This document shows positions 30,572-39,617 of a stretch of DNA of 64,000 nucleotides, piece by piece (the stretch's first letter is position 1; every line of letters begins with the position of its first letter). Position numbers and translations under genes: made by a program. Location of the stretch: assembly GCA_963713865.1 (NCBI GenBank), contig OY970208.1, forward strand, positions 544,001 through 608,000. The letters run 5' to 3'. The stretch comes from an uncultured candidate division Zixibacteria bacterium. Lineage in GTDB: Bacteria; Zixibacteria; MSB-5A5; RBG-16-43-9. The notes under the pieces are model-generated. The model had not been told where the DNA came from and did no database searches. It saw nothing but the letters and a program-made list of their open reading frames with translations.

Positions 30572-30922
30572 TTGAAGAAATACGAGACTGTTTTTATCCT
30601 GGACCCGGGATTAGATGAGATCACCTGGGATAAAGAGGTAAAAAAACTTGAGGAGCTGATAGAAAACAATAAAGGTAAAATCATCCAGACCCAGCGCTGG
30701 GGATTGAGGAAACTATCCTACCACATAAAGAAAAAAAACGAGGGATATTACGTTTTAATCCAGTTTGAAGCTCCTGTAAGCCTGATCCGGGAACTTGACC
30801 GGTATTATAAACTGAACGAGAGCTGTCTTAGGTTCCTGAATGTTGTCCTGGAGGAGAAAAAAACTGTTCTGGAAAAAGATAAAGAGATTTCCCCTGTGGG
30901 TGGAAGTAAAGAGAAGGTGTAA
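30572..30922 (+). CDS. rpsF: 30S ribosomal protein S6
   Basis: YETVFILDP, WGLRKLSYHIKK, GYYVL. Confidence 0.96.
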   Translation: MKKYETVFILDPGLDEITWDKEVKKLEELIENNKGKIIQTQRWGLRKLSYHIKKKNEGYYVLIQFEAPVSLIRELDRYYKLNESCLRFLNVVLEEKKTVLEKDKEISPVGGSKEKV

Positions 30923-30959
30923 ATCTAAGTTGAAAAAATGAGGATATAAGGAGGATTCG

Positions 30960-31403
30960 ATGTCCAATACCAGGCTGCCCCATCTGAACCGGGTTTTGAT
31001 CGTGGGAAACCTGACCAAGGACCCGGAATTGCGTTACACTTCGACTGGCGTTCCCGTGGCAAATTTCAGAATAGCTTCCAATAAGAAATACAAGGACAAC
31101 CTGGGGGAAAACAAGGAGGATGTCTGCTTTATTGGGGTAGTGGCTTGGCAGAAATTAGCTGAAAGCTGTACCAAATTTTTAAAAAAAGGGAGCGCAGTCT
31201 TAGTCGAAGGAGAACTGCGGAGCAGATTCAAAGAAAATGATGATGGTAGCAAAAGAAATTTAATCGAGATAAGAGCCTTCCAGATACAGTTTTTAGACAA
31301 AAAGACTGAAACTGTCCCGGTGGAGGAAACCAGCCTTTTTGATTTAAAATTTTCTGGAGAGGAAAACATCTCAGACTTAAGGAGCTCAATTGAGAATTTA
31401 TAA
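30960..31403 (+). CDS. ssb: Single-stranded DNA-binding protein
   Basis: [29 protein letters not shown]; rpsF-ssb-rpsR order. Confidence 0.95.
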   Translation: MSNTRLPHLNRVLIVGNLTKDPELRYTSTGVPVANFRIASNKKYKDNLGENKEDVCFIGVVAWQKLAESCTKFLKKGSAVLVEGELRSRFKENDDGSKRNLIEIRAFQIQFLDKKTETVPVEETSLFDLKFSGEENISDLRSSIENL

Positions 31404-31425
31404 AAAGGAGGATAAAATTAAAACT

Positions 31426-31662
31426 ATGTTAGATGATCTGGAAAGAAGGAAAAAAAAGGTCTGTCGTTTCTGCGAGGATAAATTGAAGGTCATTGATTAT
31501 AAAGACGAAAAGCTGCTTAGAAGATTTATCACTGACCGGGGGAAGATAATCCCCAGGCGAATCACTGGCAACTGTGCCAGCCATCAAAGGGAGATAACCC
31601 ACGCCATAAAGCGAGCCCGGCATATAGCTCTGCTCCCCTTCACCACCGAGACCTATAGATAA
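31426..31662 (+). CDS. rpsR: 30S ribosomal protein S18 (Zn-ribbon form)
   Basis: [22 protein letters not shown]...[12 protein letters not shown]. Confidence 0.96.
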   Translation: MLDDLERRKKKVCRFCEDKLKVIDYKDEKLLRRFITDRGKIIPRRITGNCASHQREITHAIKRARHIALLPFTTETYR

Positions 31663-31683
31663 GATAAAGATGCAGAGGAGAAA

Positions 31684-32136
31684 ATGAAGATAATCTTAAA
31701 AGAGGATTTAAAGGATTTGGGAAAATGCGGTGAGGTAATCCAGGTCAAAGATGGTTATGCCCGGAATTACCTTTTCCCCAAGAACTTAGCCATACCTGCT
31801 ACTAAAGGAAACCTCAGGTCGATAAATGAGGTCACCCGTCAGAAGAAGATCCGGGACGATAAAAAGATAAAAGGGGATGAGAAGCTAAAAGCTGATTTGG
31901 AGAAGATTTCCATCACGGCTGAGGTCAGGGTGGGAGAAGAGGATCGGATCTTCGGCTCCGTAACCTCTCAGGATATAGCCGGGCTTTTAAAAGAGAAGGG
32001 TTTTGAGGTTGACAAACGAAAAATAGAGCTGGATGAACCGATCAAAGCCCTGGGAGTTTACACCATCCCGGTAAAAATTCATGGAGAGCTCGTAGCTAAT
32101 TTAAAATTGTGGGTGGTCAAGAAAAGCGAGGAGTAG
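31684..32136 (+). CDS. rplI: 50S ribosomal protein L9
   Basis: VKDGYARNYLFP, FGSVT, PIKALG. Confidence 0.97.
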   Translation: MKIILKEDLKDLGKCGEVIQVKDGYARNYLFPKNLAIPATKGNLRSINEVTRQKKIRDDKKIKGDEKLKADLEKISITAEVRVGEEDRIFGSVTSQDIAGLLKEKGFEVDKRKIELDEPIKALGVYTIPVKIHGELVANLKLWVVKKSEE

Positions 32137-32198
32137 CCTTTATCCAGCTTTTCCGGAGGAAAAGATAGTTTAAAACAGGATGCAGGGCCAAAGTCGTT

Positions 32199-32684
32199 AT
32201 GAAAGAAGTAAAGATAAATGGCATAGCCTTAGATGTTACTACCAATTCGCCGGTGGTGATCCTGGCCCCCTTGGATTCAGACCAGCTTCTCCTTCCCATC
32301 TGGATAGGACACTATGAAGCCTGGGCTATCGGTATGGAGCTTTCTGGTCTTTCCTCCAAAAGACCCTTGACCCACGACCTTTTGAAGTCTGCGATTGAAT
32401 CCCTAGGTGGTAAAGTCCTGAAGGTGGAGGTAACTGAACTGGTCAATCAAACCTTTTATGCTAAAATCTATGTAGAGCTTAATGGCTCAGTTAAGGAGAT
32501 CGATGCCAGGCCTTCAGACTCTATCGCCTTAGCCTTAAAAGCAGGGGCAAAAATCTATGTGGCAGATGAATTGTTTGAGATAAAAAAAGGTGACGGTAAA
32601 ACTCCTGGAGCAACTGATGCAGAATCTTTAAGAGAGAGATTGAGAAAGATAAACCCGGAGGATTTCGGGAGATATACCCTTTAA
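32199..32684 (+). CDS. Bifunctional nuclease family protein (DUF151)
   Basis: LPIWIG, RPLTHDL, IDARPSDSIALA. Confidence 0.9.
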   Translation: MKEVKINGIALDVTTNSPVVILAPLDSDQLLLPIWIGHYEAWAIGMELSGLSSKRPLTHDLLKSAIESLGGKVLKVEVTELVNQTFYAKIYVELNGSVKEIDARPSDSIALALKAGAKIYVADELFEIKKGDGKTPGATDAESLRERLRKINPEDFGRYTL

Positions 32685-32725
32685 ATCTTCAGCTTTATTT
32701 TTATAGACTCATAAAGTCCTTCTTT

Positions 32726-33583
32726 ATGAAACCAACTCAAGTAAAATTCGCACAGTTGAAAAAAAACCTTAAAAAGATGGGAAAAGTTCTCATTGCCTTT
32801 TCCGGAGGGGTGGATTCTTCCTTCCTTTTAAAAGTCGCTCTGGATACCTTAGGAAAAGAAAACATCTTAGCAGTAACTGCTGATTCAGAGACTTACCCAA
32901 AAAGCGAGCTTGAAGATGCTTCCAGATTGGCTGAGGATTTAGGTTTGAACGGAAAACATAGAATTATAAAAACCTCAGAGCTTAAGCTTAAAAAATTCTC
33001 GGAAAATCCACCAGACCGGTGTTATTATTGTAAATCCGAGCTTTTCTCAAAATTAAAAAAGATCGCTCAAAAAAATAAAATCTCTTATGTGTTAGACGGC
33101 TCCAACTATTCAGACCAGACCGATTTCAGGCCCGGCAGAAAAGCTATTTTCAAGTTAGGAGTCAAAAGCCCTCTTCTTGAATCCGGGCTTAACAAAAAGG
33201 AAATAAGAGCCCTTTCTAAAAAACTTAAGCTTCCCACCTGGAACAAACCAGCATTAGCCTGTTTATCCTCCAGGATTCCTTATGGGGAGAAAATAACCCT
33301 TAAAAAACTGAACCGGATAGAAAAAGCTGAAAGCTTCTTAAAAAGTATGGGGTTTAGCCAGCTCAGGGTTAGAGATCACAATGATATTGCCCGGATCGAA
33401 TTAAAGCCAGAAGAGCTTAAAAAGTTAGTAGGTAAAAATTTAAGAAAAAAAATATATGATAAATTCAGAGGTTTAGGTTTTACCTATATTACATTAGACC
33501 TTTTAGGATATAGAACCGGAAGTATGAATGAAATTCTGTCCACAGTCCGCCAAAAGGCGGACAAATCCGGAAAGAGGAGATAA
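32726..33583 (+). CDS. larE: ATP-dependent sacrificial sulfur transferase LarE
   Basis: AFSGGVDS PP-loop, RCYYCK, RPG, ACLSSRIPYG, GYRTGSMN. Confidence 0.9.
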   Translation: MKPTQVKFAQLKKNLKKMGKVLIAFSGGVDSSFLLKVALDTLGKENILAVTADSETYPKSELEDASRLAEDLGLNGKHRIIKTSELKLKKFSENPPDRCYYCKSELFSKLKKIAQKNKISYVLDGSNYSDQTDFRPGRKAIFKLGVKSPLLESGLNKKEIRALSKKLKLPTWNKPALACLSSRIPYGEKITLKKLNRIEKAESFLKSMGFSQLRVRDHNDIARIELKPEELKKLVGKNLRKKIYDKFRGLGFTYITLDLLGYRTGSMNEILSTVRQKADKSGKRR

Positions 33584-33587
33584 AAGT

Positions 33588-33833
33588 TTGGAGGAGAAAG
33601 ATAAAAGAATTGCTCTAAAGATATATTATGAGGGTAAATGCAAAGAGGTTACCTTTGAGGAGCTATGTTTATCCAATAACTTAGCCCAGGAAGCATTGGT
33701 AACCCTTCTGATTAAAAAGAAGATTATCGAACCCAAAGAGCTTATGGAGATGATGGAGAAAATTAGAAAAGAAAGATATAAAAATTCAGAGGAGAAGTCC
33801 GAATTGGGATCCTCCTCTGGTGGTAAAGAGTAA
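33588..33833 (+). CDS. Small hypothetical protein
   Basis: GAGGAG RBS then TTG; operon-packed between larE and the next gene. Confidence 0.6.
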   Translation: MEEKDKRIALKIYYEGKCKEVTFEELCLSNNLAQEALVTLLIKKKIIEPKELMEMMEKIRKERYKNSEEKSELGSSSGGKE

Positions 33834-33835
33834 GT

Positions 33836-34300
33836 ATGGCAGAAGTCGATAATCCGCCAAAGGCGGATACGATACCTACGCCGGACTTGACTCCCCGCAG
33901 GGAAGCCTTGACCTGGATTTCACATCCTTTAAAGAAGAATAAGAGGAATACCCTTTTAGTTACTCTTTTTCTTGTTCTGGCACCGACAATAGTATTTTTC
34001 TCAACTCAAAGCCTGTTTTTTCTTTTACTTTCATTTTTGATCTTACTGGGCTCACTTTCCTCCTTTTTCTTACCTACGAGCTATGAGCTATCACAGGAAA
34101 AGATTAGGGTGAAATTCTTTTTTAATACTAAAGAAATGGAATGGAAAAAATACCGCAGTTTTTATGTGGATAAAAATGGGATTTTACTTTCACCTTTTGA
34201 AAAACCCTCGCGTTTAGAAAATTTTCGCGGCATGTATATTAGGTTTAATCAAAATAAAGAAGAAGTGGTAAATTTTCTTAAAGAAAGGATAAAAAGCTAA
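33836..34300 (+). CDS. Hypothetical membrane protein (2 TM + short beta/PH-like domain)
   Basis: WISHP, two hydrophobic helices, FFLPTSY, LSPF..PSRLENFRG. Confidence 0.75.
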   Translation: MAEVDNPPKADTIPTPDLTPRREALTWISHPLKKNKRNTLLVTLFLVLAPTIVFFSTQSLFFLLLSFLILLGSLSSFFLPTSYELSQEKIRVKFFFNTKEMEWKKYRSFYVDKNGILLSPFEKPSRLENFRGMYIRFNQNKEEVVNFLKERIKS

Positions 34301-34301
34301 A

Positions 34302-34715
34302 ATGCCATTCAGACTGCCCTTCTCCTCGGAACCTAAAGGAGCAGGAAAAGAGGAAAAAGAGCTTACTCCTGAACAACAGGAGATCTTAGACAAGATTGCT
34401 AAAAAGGTAGTCTTGTGGAAGATGTCTGTTCCGGCAATACTGTTTCTGGAATCAGTCAAACCTTTGAATTACATCGGCTCCCAGATGATGGTCTTCTTCG
34501 AGCCTTTTGTGCAGACCCTTTTCTCCTGGAAGGACTATGACGAGTTCAGGAAAATGATGGAAGAAAGGGAGAATACAGAAAGACTTTTACAGACAATAGA
34601 GAAATTCGACGCTGAAGCCTTTACCAGAGAGAAAGAGGATAAAAAAAGAAGAAAAGAGGAGAGAAAGAAGAAAGGCAGAAGAACTTTGTGGCAGGTAATT
34701 ACCGGAAGAGACTAA
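34302..34715 (+). CDS. Conserved hypothetical protein
   Basis: PAILFLESVKPLNYIGSQMM; operon-packed. Confidence 0.75.
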   Translation: MPFRLPFSSEPKGAGKEEKELTPEQQEILDKIAKKVVLWKMSVPAILFLESVKPLNYIGSQMMVFFEPFVQTLFSWKDYDEFRKMMEERENTERLLQTIEKFDAEAFTREKEDKKRRKEERKKKGRRTLWQVITGRD

Positions 34716-34788
34716 TTTTGGAGTGCATCCAAATGGATGCCAAAACGTAGCGTCCCGCATTTATGCGGGACGAAAAAAAGAACGTCCT

Positions 34789-35586
34789 ATGAAGCAAACT
34801 CAATATAGAATTGGCAAAAACTGTATTTACTGCTGTACTCCTATTGTAGGTGAGCTAAAAACGAATGACCATATTTTATCTAAGTCCTTGGGCGGAGTAT
34901 TCACAATTTCTGCTTGCAAGGAACATAATCAATTATTGGGTTCCACTGTTGAAAATTGGATAAGTGTAGATTATTGGATTAATTTGGCAAAAAATAATTT
35001 AAAACTTAGGAATTTTAAATTAAATCCAAATTTCAAATTTAGTGCTAAGTCAAGTGAATATAAGACTCTGAAATTGCCCAATGGAAAAGAAAAGCTAATA
35101 GCTCCATACACAGATAAAACTATTTGGAGAATAATTGCCAAGTATTTCTATGGCCATTTAGCATTCCTTATAGGTGATGACATTTTTAAAGAGGAGTTTC
35201 ACACCTTGCGTGATTATATTTTGGGGCGTACCATAACAAATATAAATGAGGAAGAATATCTAGTCCGCTGCGTAAAAAAAGAAAACGAGACACATAAAGA
35301 AGATTGGAATATAATAAGGTGTGATTATAGCCATACACCTTGTGATGCAGTTCATATTATTGAATTCGACCAAGCAATGCTATCTCTTTTAATAACATTT
35401 TATCTTTTTCGTTCTTATGTATTTCTTTGTGGAATAGTATACACCGTTCCGAATAAAGTAAGATGCAAATTGCCTATGAGAATTTTATATGATTTAAGGA
35501 ACAGAGATGTTCTTATTGGAGAATTATCAAAAGATAAAAAGGAGTGGACTTATAAATCTATCAATAAATCAAGGAAATATTGCTGA
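34789..35586 (+). CDS. HNH endonuclease-like protein
   Basis: CIYC...DHILSKSLGG...ACKEHNQLLG; AT-rich. Confidence 0.65.
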   Translation: MKQTQYRIGKNCIYCCTPIVGELKTNDHILSKSLGGVFTISACKEHNQLLGSTVENWISVDYWINLAKNNLKLRNFKLNPNFKFSAKSSEYKTLKLPNGKEKLIAPYTDKTIWRIIAKYFYGHLAFLIGDDIFKEEFHTLRDYILGRTITNINEEEYLVRCVKKENETHKEDWNIIRCDYSHTPCDAVHIIEFDQAMLSLLITFYLFRSYVFLCGIVYTVPNKVRCKLPMRILYDLRNRDVLIGELSKDKKEWTYKSINKSRKYC

Positions 35587-35622
35587 GTCAATACGAGAGT
35601 TTCTCGAGTGAGGGCCAAAATT

Positions 35623-36021
35623 ATGCGATATATTAAATATTTATATTTAATTTCTTTTTTATTTTTAGCTTGCGCGAGCAATAATCAAGCACTACAAAAA
35701 GAATTAGAAAAACAAGATAAACAAGAATTAGAAAAGCAAATTAAACAAGAAAAATTGCAAAAATTCTTTAATGAATTAGATAGCTATAAAAATGTAATGA
35801 CTTATGATGATGCACTTTTAAAGTGGGGTGAACCGACTTCTAATGTTGAAGGTAAAGAAACTTACATTGTAATTTGGCGTAATGAAAAAAAAGGAGAGAT
35901 AACAATTGCAGGGCCTCAAGGTACAACATTTACAAAACAGGTGATTAAGGGTTCGGAATTGAGACTTATGTTTGATAAGGCAACTAATAAAATGATAAAA
36001 TGGGAATTTAAAGAATTGTAG
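35623..36021 (+). CDS. Putative lipoprotein (SmpA/BamE-like small domain)
   Basis: Lipobox FLAC; MTYDDALLKWGEPT motif. Confidence 0.65.
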   Translation: MRYIKYLYLISFLFLACASNNQALQKELEKQDKQELEKQIKQEKLQKFFNELDSYKNVMTYDDALLKWGEPTSNVEGKETYIVIWRNEKKGEITIAGPQGTTFTKQVIKGSELRLMFDKATNKMIKWEFKEL

Positions 36022-36109
36022 GTTAAGCATCGCCCGTAGGGGGTGCTTGACAAAAAATTAAAAATGTCGATCAATATTTTCGGGTATGCTCGACATACAA
36101 ATATGAAAT

Positions 36110-36209
36110 GTAGGGACAGGGCTTGTCCCTGTCCGAATCGATTGCGGACAGCCACACGGTTCGACAAACTCACCGTCCTGAGCAAAGTCGAAGGAAGGGC
36201 TGTCCCTAC
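36110..36209. repeat. REPIN-like inverted pair of GTAG REPs
   Basis: GTAGGGACAGGGC...GGGCTGTCCCTAC enclosing TTCGAC..CCTGAGCAAAGTCGAAGG. Confidence 0.75.
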
Positions 36210-36250
36210 GAAAAACAAAAGATAAATTGATACTGCTATAAAGGAGTTCT

Positions 36251-38119
36251 ATGAAAGATCTAAAACCTGAAGATATCAATGTAATCGTCGCTACAGACTG
36301 CGGAAGCACCACTACCAAAGCGATCTTGATTGAGAAAAGAGGAAATGAATACCGCCTGATCGTGAGAGGTGAAGCCCCTACCACAGTTGAATTTCCTTTT
36401 GAGGATGTAACTATGGGAGTATTAAATGCCGTAGCTGAGGTGGAGGAGCTTTCTGGAAGAAAGATTCTGGATGAGAAAGGCAGGATTATTTCACCGGCTA
36501 AGGGAAACGTAGGTACCGACATCTATGTATCAACTTCAAGTGCTGGTGGCGGCTTGCAGATGATGGTCGCCGGAGTGGTAAGAAGTATGACCGCAGAAAG
36601 TGCTGAAAGAGCCGCCTTAGGAGCAGGTGCCATTGTGATGGATGTTATCGCCTCCAATGATAAAAGGCTTCCTCATCAGCAGATTCAGAGGATCAGACAT
36701 TTAAGACCGGATATGATTTTATTATCCGGAGGAATAGATGGGGGAACCACTACCCATGTGGTAGAATTAGCTGAGTTACTCTCTGCTGCAGACCCAAAAC
36801 CGAGATTAGGTATCGGTTACCAGCTACCGGTTATCTATGCCGGAAACATAAATGCGCGTGAGGCAATAAAAAATACCCTTTTAGATAAAGTGGATTTAAC
36901 CATAGTGGACAATATAAGACCAGTTTTAGAGAGGGAAAACCTCTTCCCTGCCCGTGAGAAAATCCACGACCTTTTTATGGAGCATGTGATGGCTCAGGCG
37001 CCCGGTTATAAAAAACTTATGACCTGGACCGATGCTCCGATTATGCCCACTCCAGGCGCAGTTGGTCTGATTATGAAAAAGATCGCAGATGAAGAAGGAA
37101 TTGAGGTGGTGGGTGTAGACATAGGTGGAGCAACTACTGATATCTTTTCCGTATTTCAAACCATCTTCAACCGGACCGTCAGCGCTAATCTGGGGATGAG
37201 CTATTCTGTATCCAATGTTTTTGCTGAAGCGGGATTGAGTAATGTGATGAGATGGGTCCCCTTTCATATGGATGAAAGAGATTTGAGAAACCGGGTCAAA
37301 AATAAGATGATTAGACCAACTACTATACCACAAACCTTAGAGGAGTTAATCTTTGAGCAGGCAATTGCTAAAGAGGCTTTAAGGCTTGCCTTTATCCAGC
37401 ATAAATCTTTTGCCACAGTTTTAAAAGGGATTCAACAGCAGAGAACCATAGCAGATGCCTTTGACCAGACCGCAGGTGGCCTGACACTGGTTAATATGAT
37501 GACCTTGAATATGCTCATTGGTTCAGGCGGGGTTTTATCCCATGCTCCGAGAAGAAATCAAGCCGCATTAATGTTAATCGATGGATTTTTACCAGAGGGT
37601 ACTACCAGATTAGCAGTTGACAGCATCTTTATGATGCCCCAGCTTGGAGTTTTATCCACTGTTCATACCAAAGCCGCAGTTGAAGTCTTCAATAAAGACT
37701 GCTTAATTCACTTAGGGACTTGCATCGCACCAGTTGGGGAACTTAAGGTCACTTACAGCTCTACGACCCGTAGGGAAGAAAAGGATATCTTAAAATATAA
37801 ATTTCAGATGCCGAATGGTGAAACCATTGAGGGTATTTTAAAATATGGTGAAATGAAAAAGTACCCCTTAGGCCTGGATGAAAAAGGAAACCCATTAAAA
37901 GCTAAGGCTACTTTGGAGCCGCTTAGAGGATTTGATGCTGGAGCAGGGAAAGGAACAAAAGTTGAAAAAGATATTTACGGTGGTGTAACTGGAATAATCT
38001 TAGATGGCAGAGGAAGACCTTTTGTTCTACCAACGGATGATAAAATCAGAGTTAAGAAACTAAAAGAGTGGATGATCGCATTAGGTATATATTCAAAGGA
38101 GATATTGGAAAGGCTGTAA
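36251..38119 (+). CDS. GlmL (glutamate/methylaspartate mutase L)-like ASKHA ATPase, long form
   Basis: Phosphate-1 DCGSTTTK, STSSAGGGL, SGGIDGG, MPTPGAV, phosphate-2 VDIGGATTD, GSGGVLSH. Confidence 0.8.
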   Translation: MKDLKPEDINVIVATDCGSTTTKAILIEKRGNEYRLIVRGEAPTTVEFPFEDVTMGVLNAVAEVEELSGRKILDEKGRIISPAKGNVGTDIYVSTSSAGGGLQMMVAGVVRSMTAESAERAALGAGAIVMDVIASNDKRLPHQQIQRIRHLRPDMILLSGGIDGGTTTHVVELAELLSAADPKPRLGIGYQLPVIYAGNINAREAIKNTLLDKVDLTIVDNIRPVLERENLFPAREKIHDLFMEHVMAQAPGYKKLMTWTDAPIMPTPGAVGLIMKKIADEEGIEVVGVDIGGATTDIFSVFQTIFNRTVSANLGMSYSVSNVFAEAGLSNVMRWVPFHMDERDLRNRVKNKMIRPTTIPQTLEELIFEQAIAKEALRLAFIQHKSFATVLKGIQQQRTIADAFDQTAGGLTLVNMMTLNMLIGSGGVLSHAPRRNQAALMLIDGFLPEGTTRLAVDSIFMMPQLGVLSTVHTKAAVEVFNKDCLIHLGTCIAPVGELKVTYSSTTRREEKDILKYKFQMPNGETIEGILKYGEMKKYPLGLDEKGNPLKAKATLEPLRGFDAGAGKGTKVEKDIYGGVTGIILDGRGRPFVLPTDDKIRVKKLKEWMIALGIYSKEILERL

Positions 38120-38131
38120 ACTGAGGAATAC

Positions 38132-38213
38132 GGAGTATAAACCTTTAGGTTTATCTAAATGAATTTTCCTGTTTTGAATCTGATTGAGATGGTAAAGCTG
38201 AAGCTTTACACTC
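38132..38213. repeat. REPIN-like inverted pair (GGAGT family)
   Basis: GGAGTATAAACCTTTAGGTTTATC ... GTAAAGCTGAAGCTTTACACTCC; near-identical at 54718-54772. Confidence 0.75.
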
Positions 38214-38261
38214 CAGTTTTTTCCCAAAAAATAATTTTTCTGAAATCTTAAAGGAGTTTTT

Positions 38262-39389
38262 ATGGGACATGCATATACGCCGGGTTTAAAAGTAACTGAG
38301 AAGGTCTTAGTAACCAAGAAAAGGATTCTACCTTTGAAGGGCGAGGTCGTGGTAAAAGTTGGAGACAAGGTAAGCCCTGATACAGTGGTTGCCAGAACCA
38401 ATCTCCCTGGAAATGTGGAGCCGATAAATATAGCAAATATTTTGGGACTTCCTCCAGAGGATGTGCCTGAGCATATGTTGAGAAAAGAAGGGGAAAAAGT
38501 TAAAGAAAATGAAGTGATTGCCAAAAGCAAATCTTTCTTCGGGTTTTTCTCCTCAGAGTGCCGGTCCAAAGCTGAGGGCACAGTTGAAAGTGTTTCCTCC
38601 ATTACTGGACAGGTTTTGATTCGCGGAAACCCAATTCCAGTGGAGATAAAAGCCTATTTAGAGGGCGAGGTTGTCGAAGTCTTCCCAAAAGAGGGAGTTT
38701 CGGTTAGTACCTGGGGCTCTTTTATCCAGGGTATCTTCGGTATTGGTGGTGAGACCCATGGAGAGATAAAAATTGTAACCAAAGATAATACTGAAATCTT
38801 AACTGATACACTCATAGATAAAGAATGTGCTGGAAAGGTGATTGTGGGCGGAAGCCTGGTCACCAGCCTGGCAATAAAGAAAGCTGTTTCATCTGGAGTA
38901 AAGGGGATCGTGGTAGGGGGGTTTGATGATAAAGATCTAAGGGAATTTTTAGGGTATGATTTAGGAGTAGCCATAACCGGCTCAGAGGAGCTGGGCATAA
39001 CCCTGGTAGTAACCGAAGGTTTTGGGCAGATAAATATGGCAGAGAGAACCTTTAACTTGCTTAAATCCAAACAGGGAAAAAAGGCTTGTATAAACGGAGC
39101 CACCCAGATAAGAGCTGGGGTAATCAGACCTGAGGTGGTAATACCTTATACTGATGATATTCATAGAAAGATCGAAACTGAAGCCTTTGAAAATATCGGC
39201 CTGGACATCGGAAGCCCCATCCGGGTAATTCGACAACCCCATTTTGGCAGACTGGGTAAAGTTGTTAGTCTTCCTTCACCTTTGCAGAAACTTGAGTCCG
39301 AATCCTCTGCCCGGGTCTTGGAGGTTGAATTCGAGGATAAAACCAGAGCCATAATCCCCAGAGCTAATGTGGAGATGATAGAGGACTAG
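38262..39389 (+). CDS. Hypothetical cytoplasmic protein with repeated barrel-sandwich hybrid (biotinyl/lipoyl-like) motifs and a C-terminal KOW/SH3-like segment
   Basis: VVKVGDKV and RKEGEKVKENEVIA...AEGTVESV hybrid-like motifs; IQGIFGIGGE; GSPIRVIRQPHFGRLGKV. Confidence 0.7.
   Translation: MGHAYTPGLKVTEKVLVTKKRILPLKGEVVVKVGDKVSPDTVVARTNLPGNVEPINIANILGLPPEDVPEHMLRKEGEKVKENEVIAKSKSFFGFFSSECRSKAEGTVESVSSITGQVLIRGNPIPVEIKAYLEGEVVEVFPKEGVSVSTWGSFIQGIFGIGGETHGEIKIVTKDNTEILTDTLIDKECAGKVIVGGSLVTSLAIKKAVSSGVKGIVVGGFDDKDLREFLGYDLGVAITGSEELGITLVVTEGFGQINMAERTFNLLKSKQGKKACINGATQIRAGVIRPEVVIPYTDDIHRKIETEAFENIGLDIGSPIRVIRQPHFGRLGKVVSLPSPLQKLESESSARVLEVEFEDKTRAIIPRANVEMIED
39336..39389 (+). repeat. 54-bp direct repeat, copy 1 (3' end of gene 38262-39389)
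   Basis: Repeated at 42150-42203 with five synonymous differences. Confidence 0.92.
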
Positions 39390-39545
39390 AAGTAGGGACA
39401 GAACACTGTTCTGTCCCTACAATATGTAATCTCGCCTTGTCCTCAAGTCCGAGAAATGGATCCACAGTAGAGGGATATTTGACCTCCCGTAGGCGGGGCT
39501 TCAAACCCCGCTAAATAAGTTTTCCAGAAAACTCTAAAAAATTCC

Positions 39546-39574
39546 TTGACTAAGTTAATCCTGTCTTATATAGT
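39546..39574 (+). promoter_or_regulatory. sigma70-type promoter of the M4 peptidase gene
   Basis: TTGACT-N17-TATAGT; the upstream part is duplicated at ~42422-42467. Confidence 0.6.
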
Positions 39575-39617
39575 TAAAACTTAGAAAAAAGTAACCTTTT
39601 AACCGGAGGGGTGTCAA

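Noticed and set aside
35916-36225. ORFs 36043-36225 (+) and 35916-36218 (-)
   Set aside because: They translate REP palindromes, with no protein-like features
36251-38119. Glutamate mutase operon or DNA-repair MutL
   Set aside because: No B12-binding mutase subunits nearby; motifs are ASKHA, not GHKL
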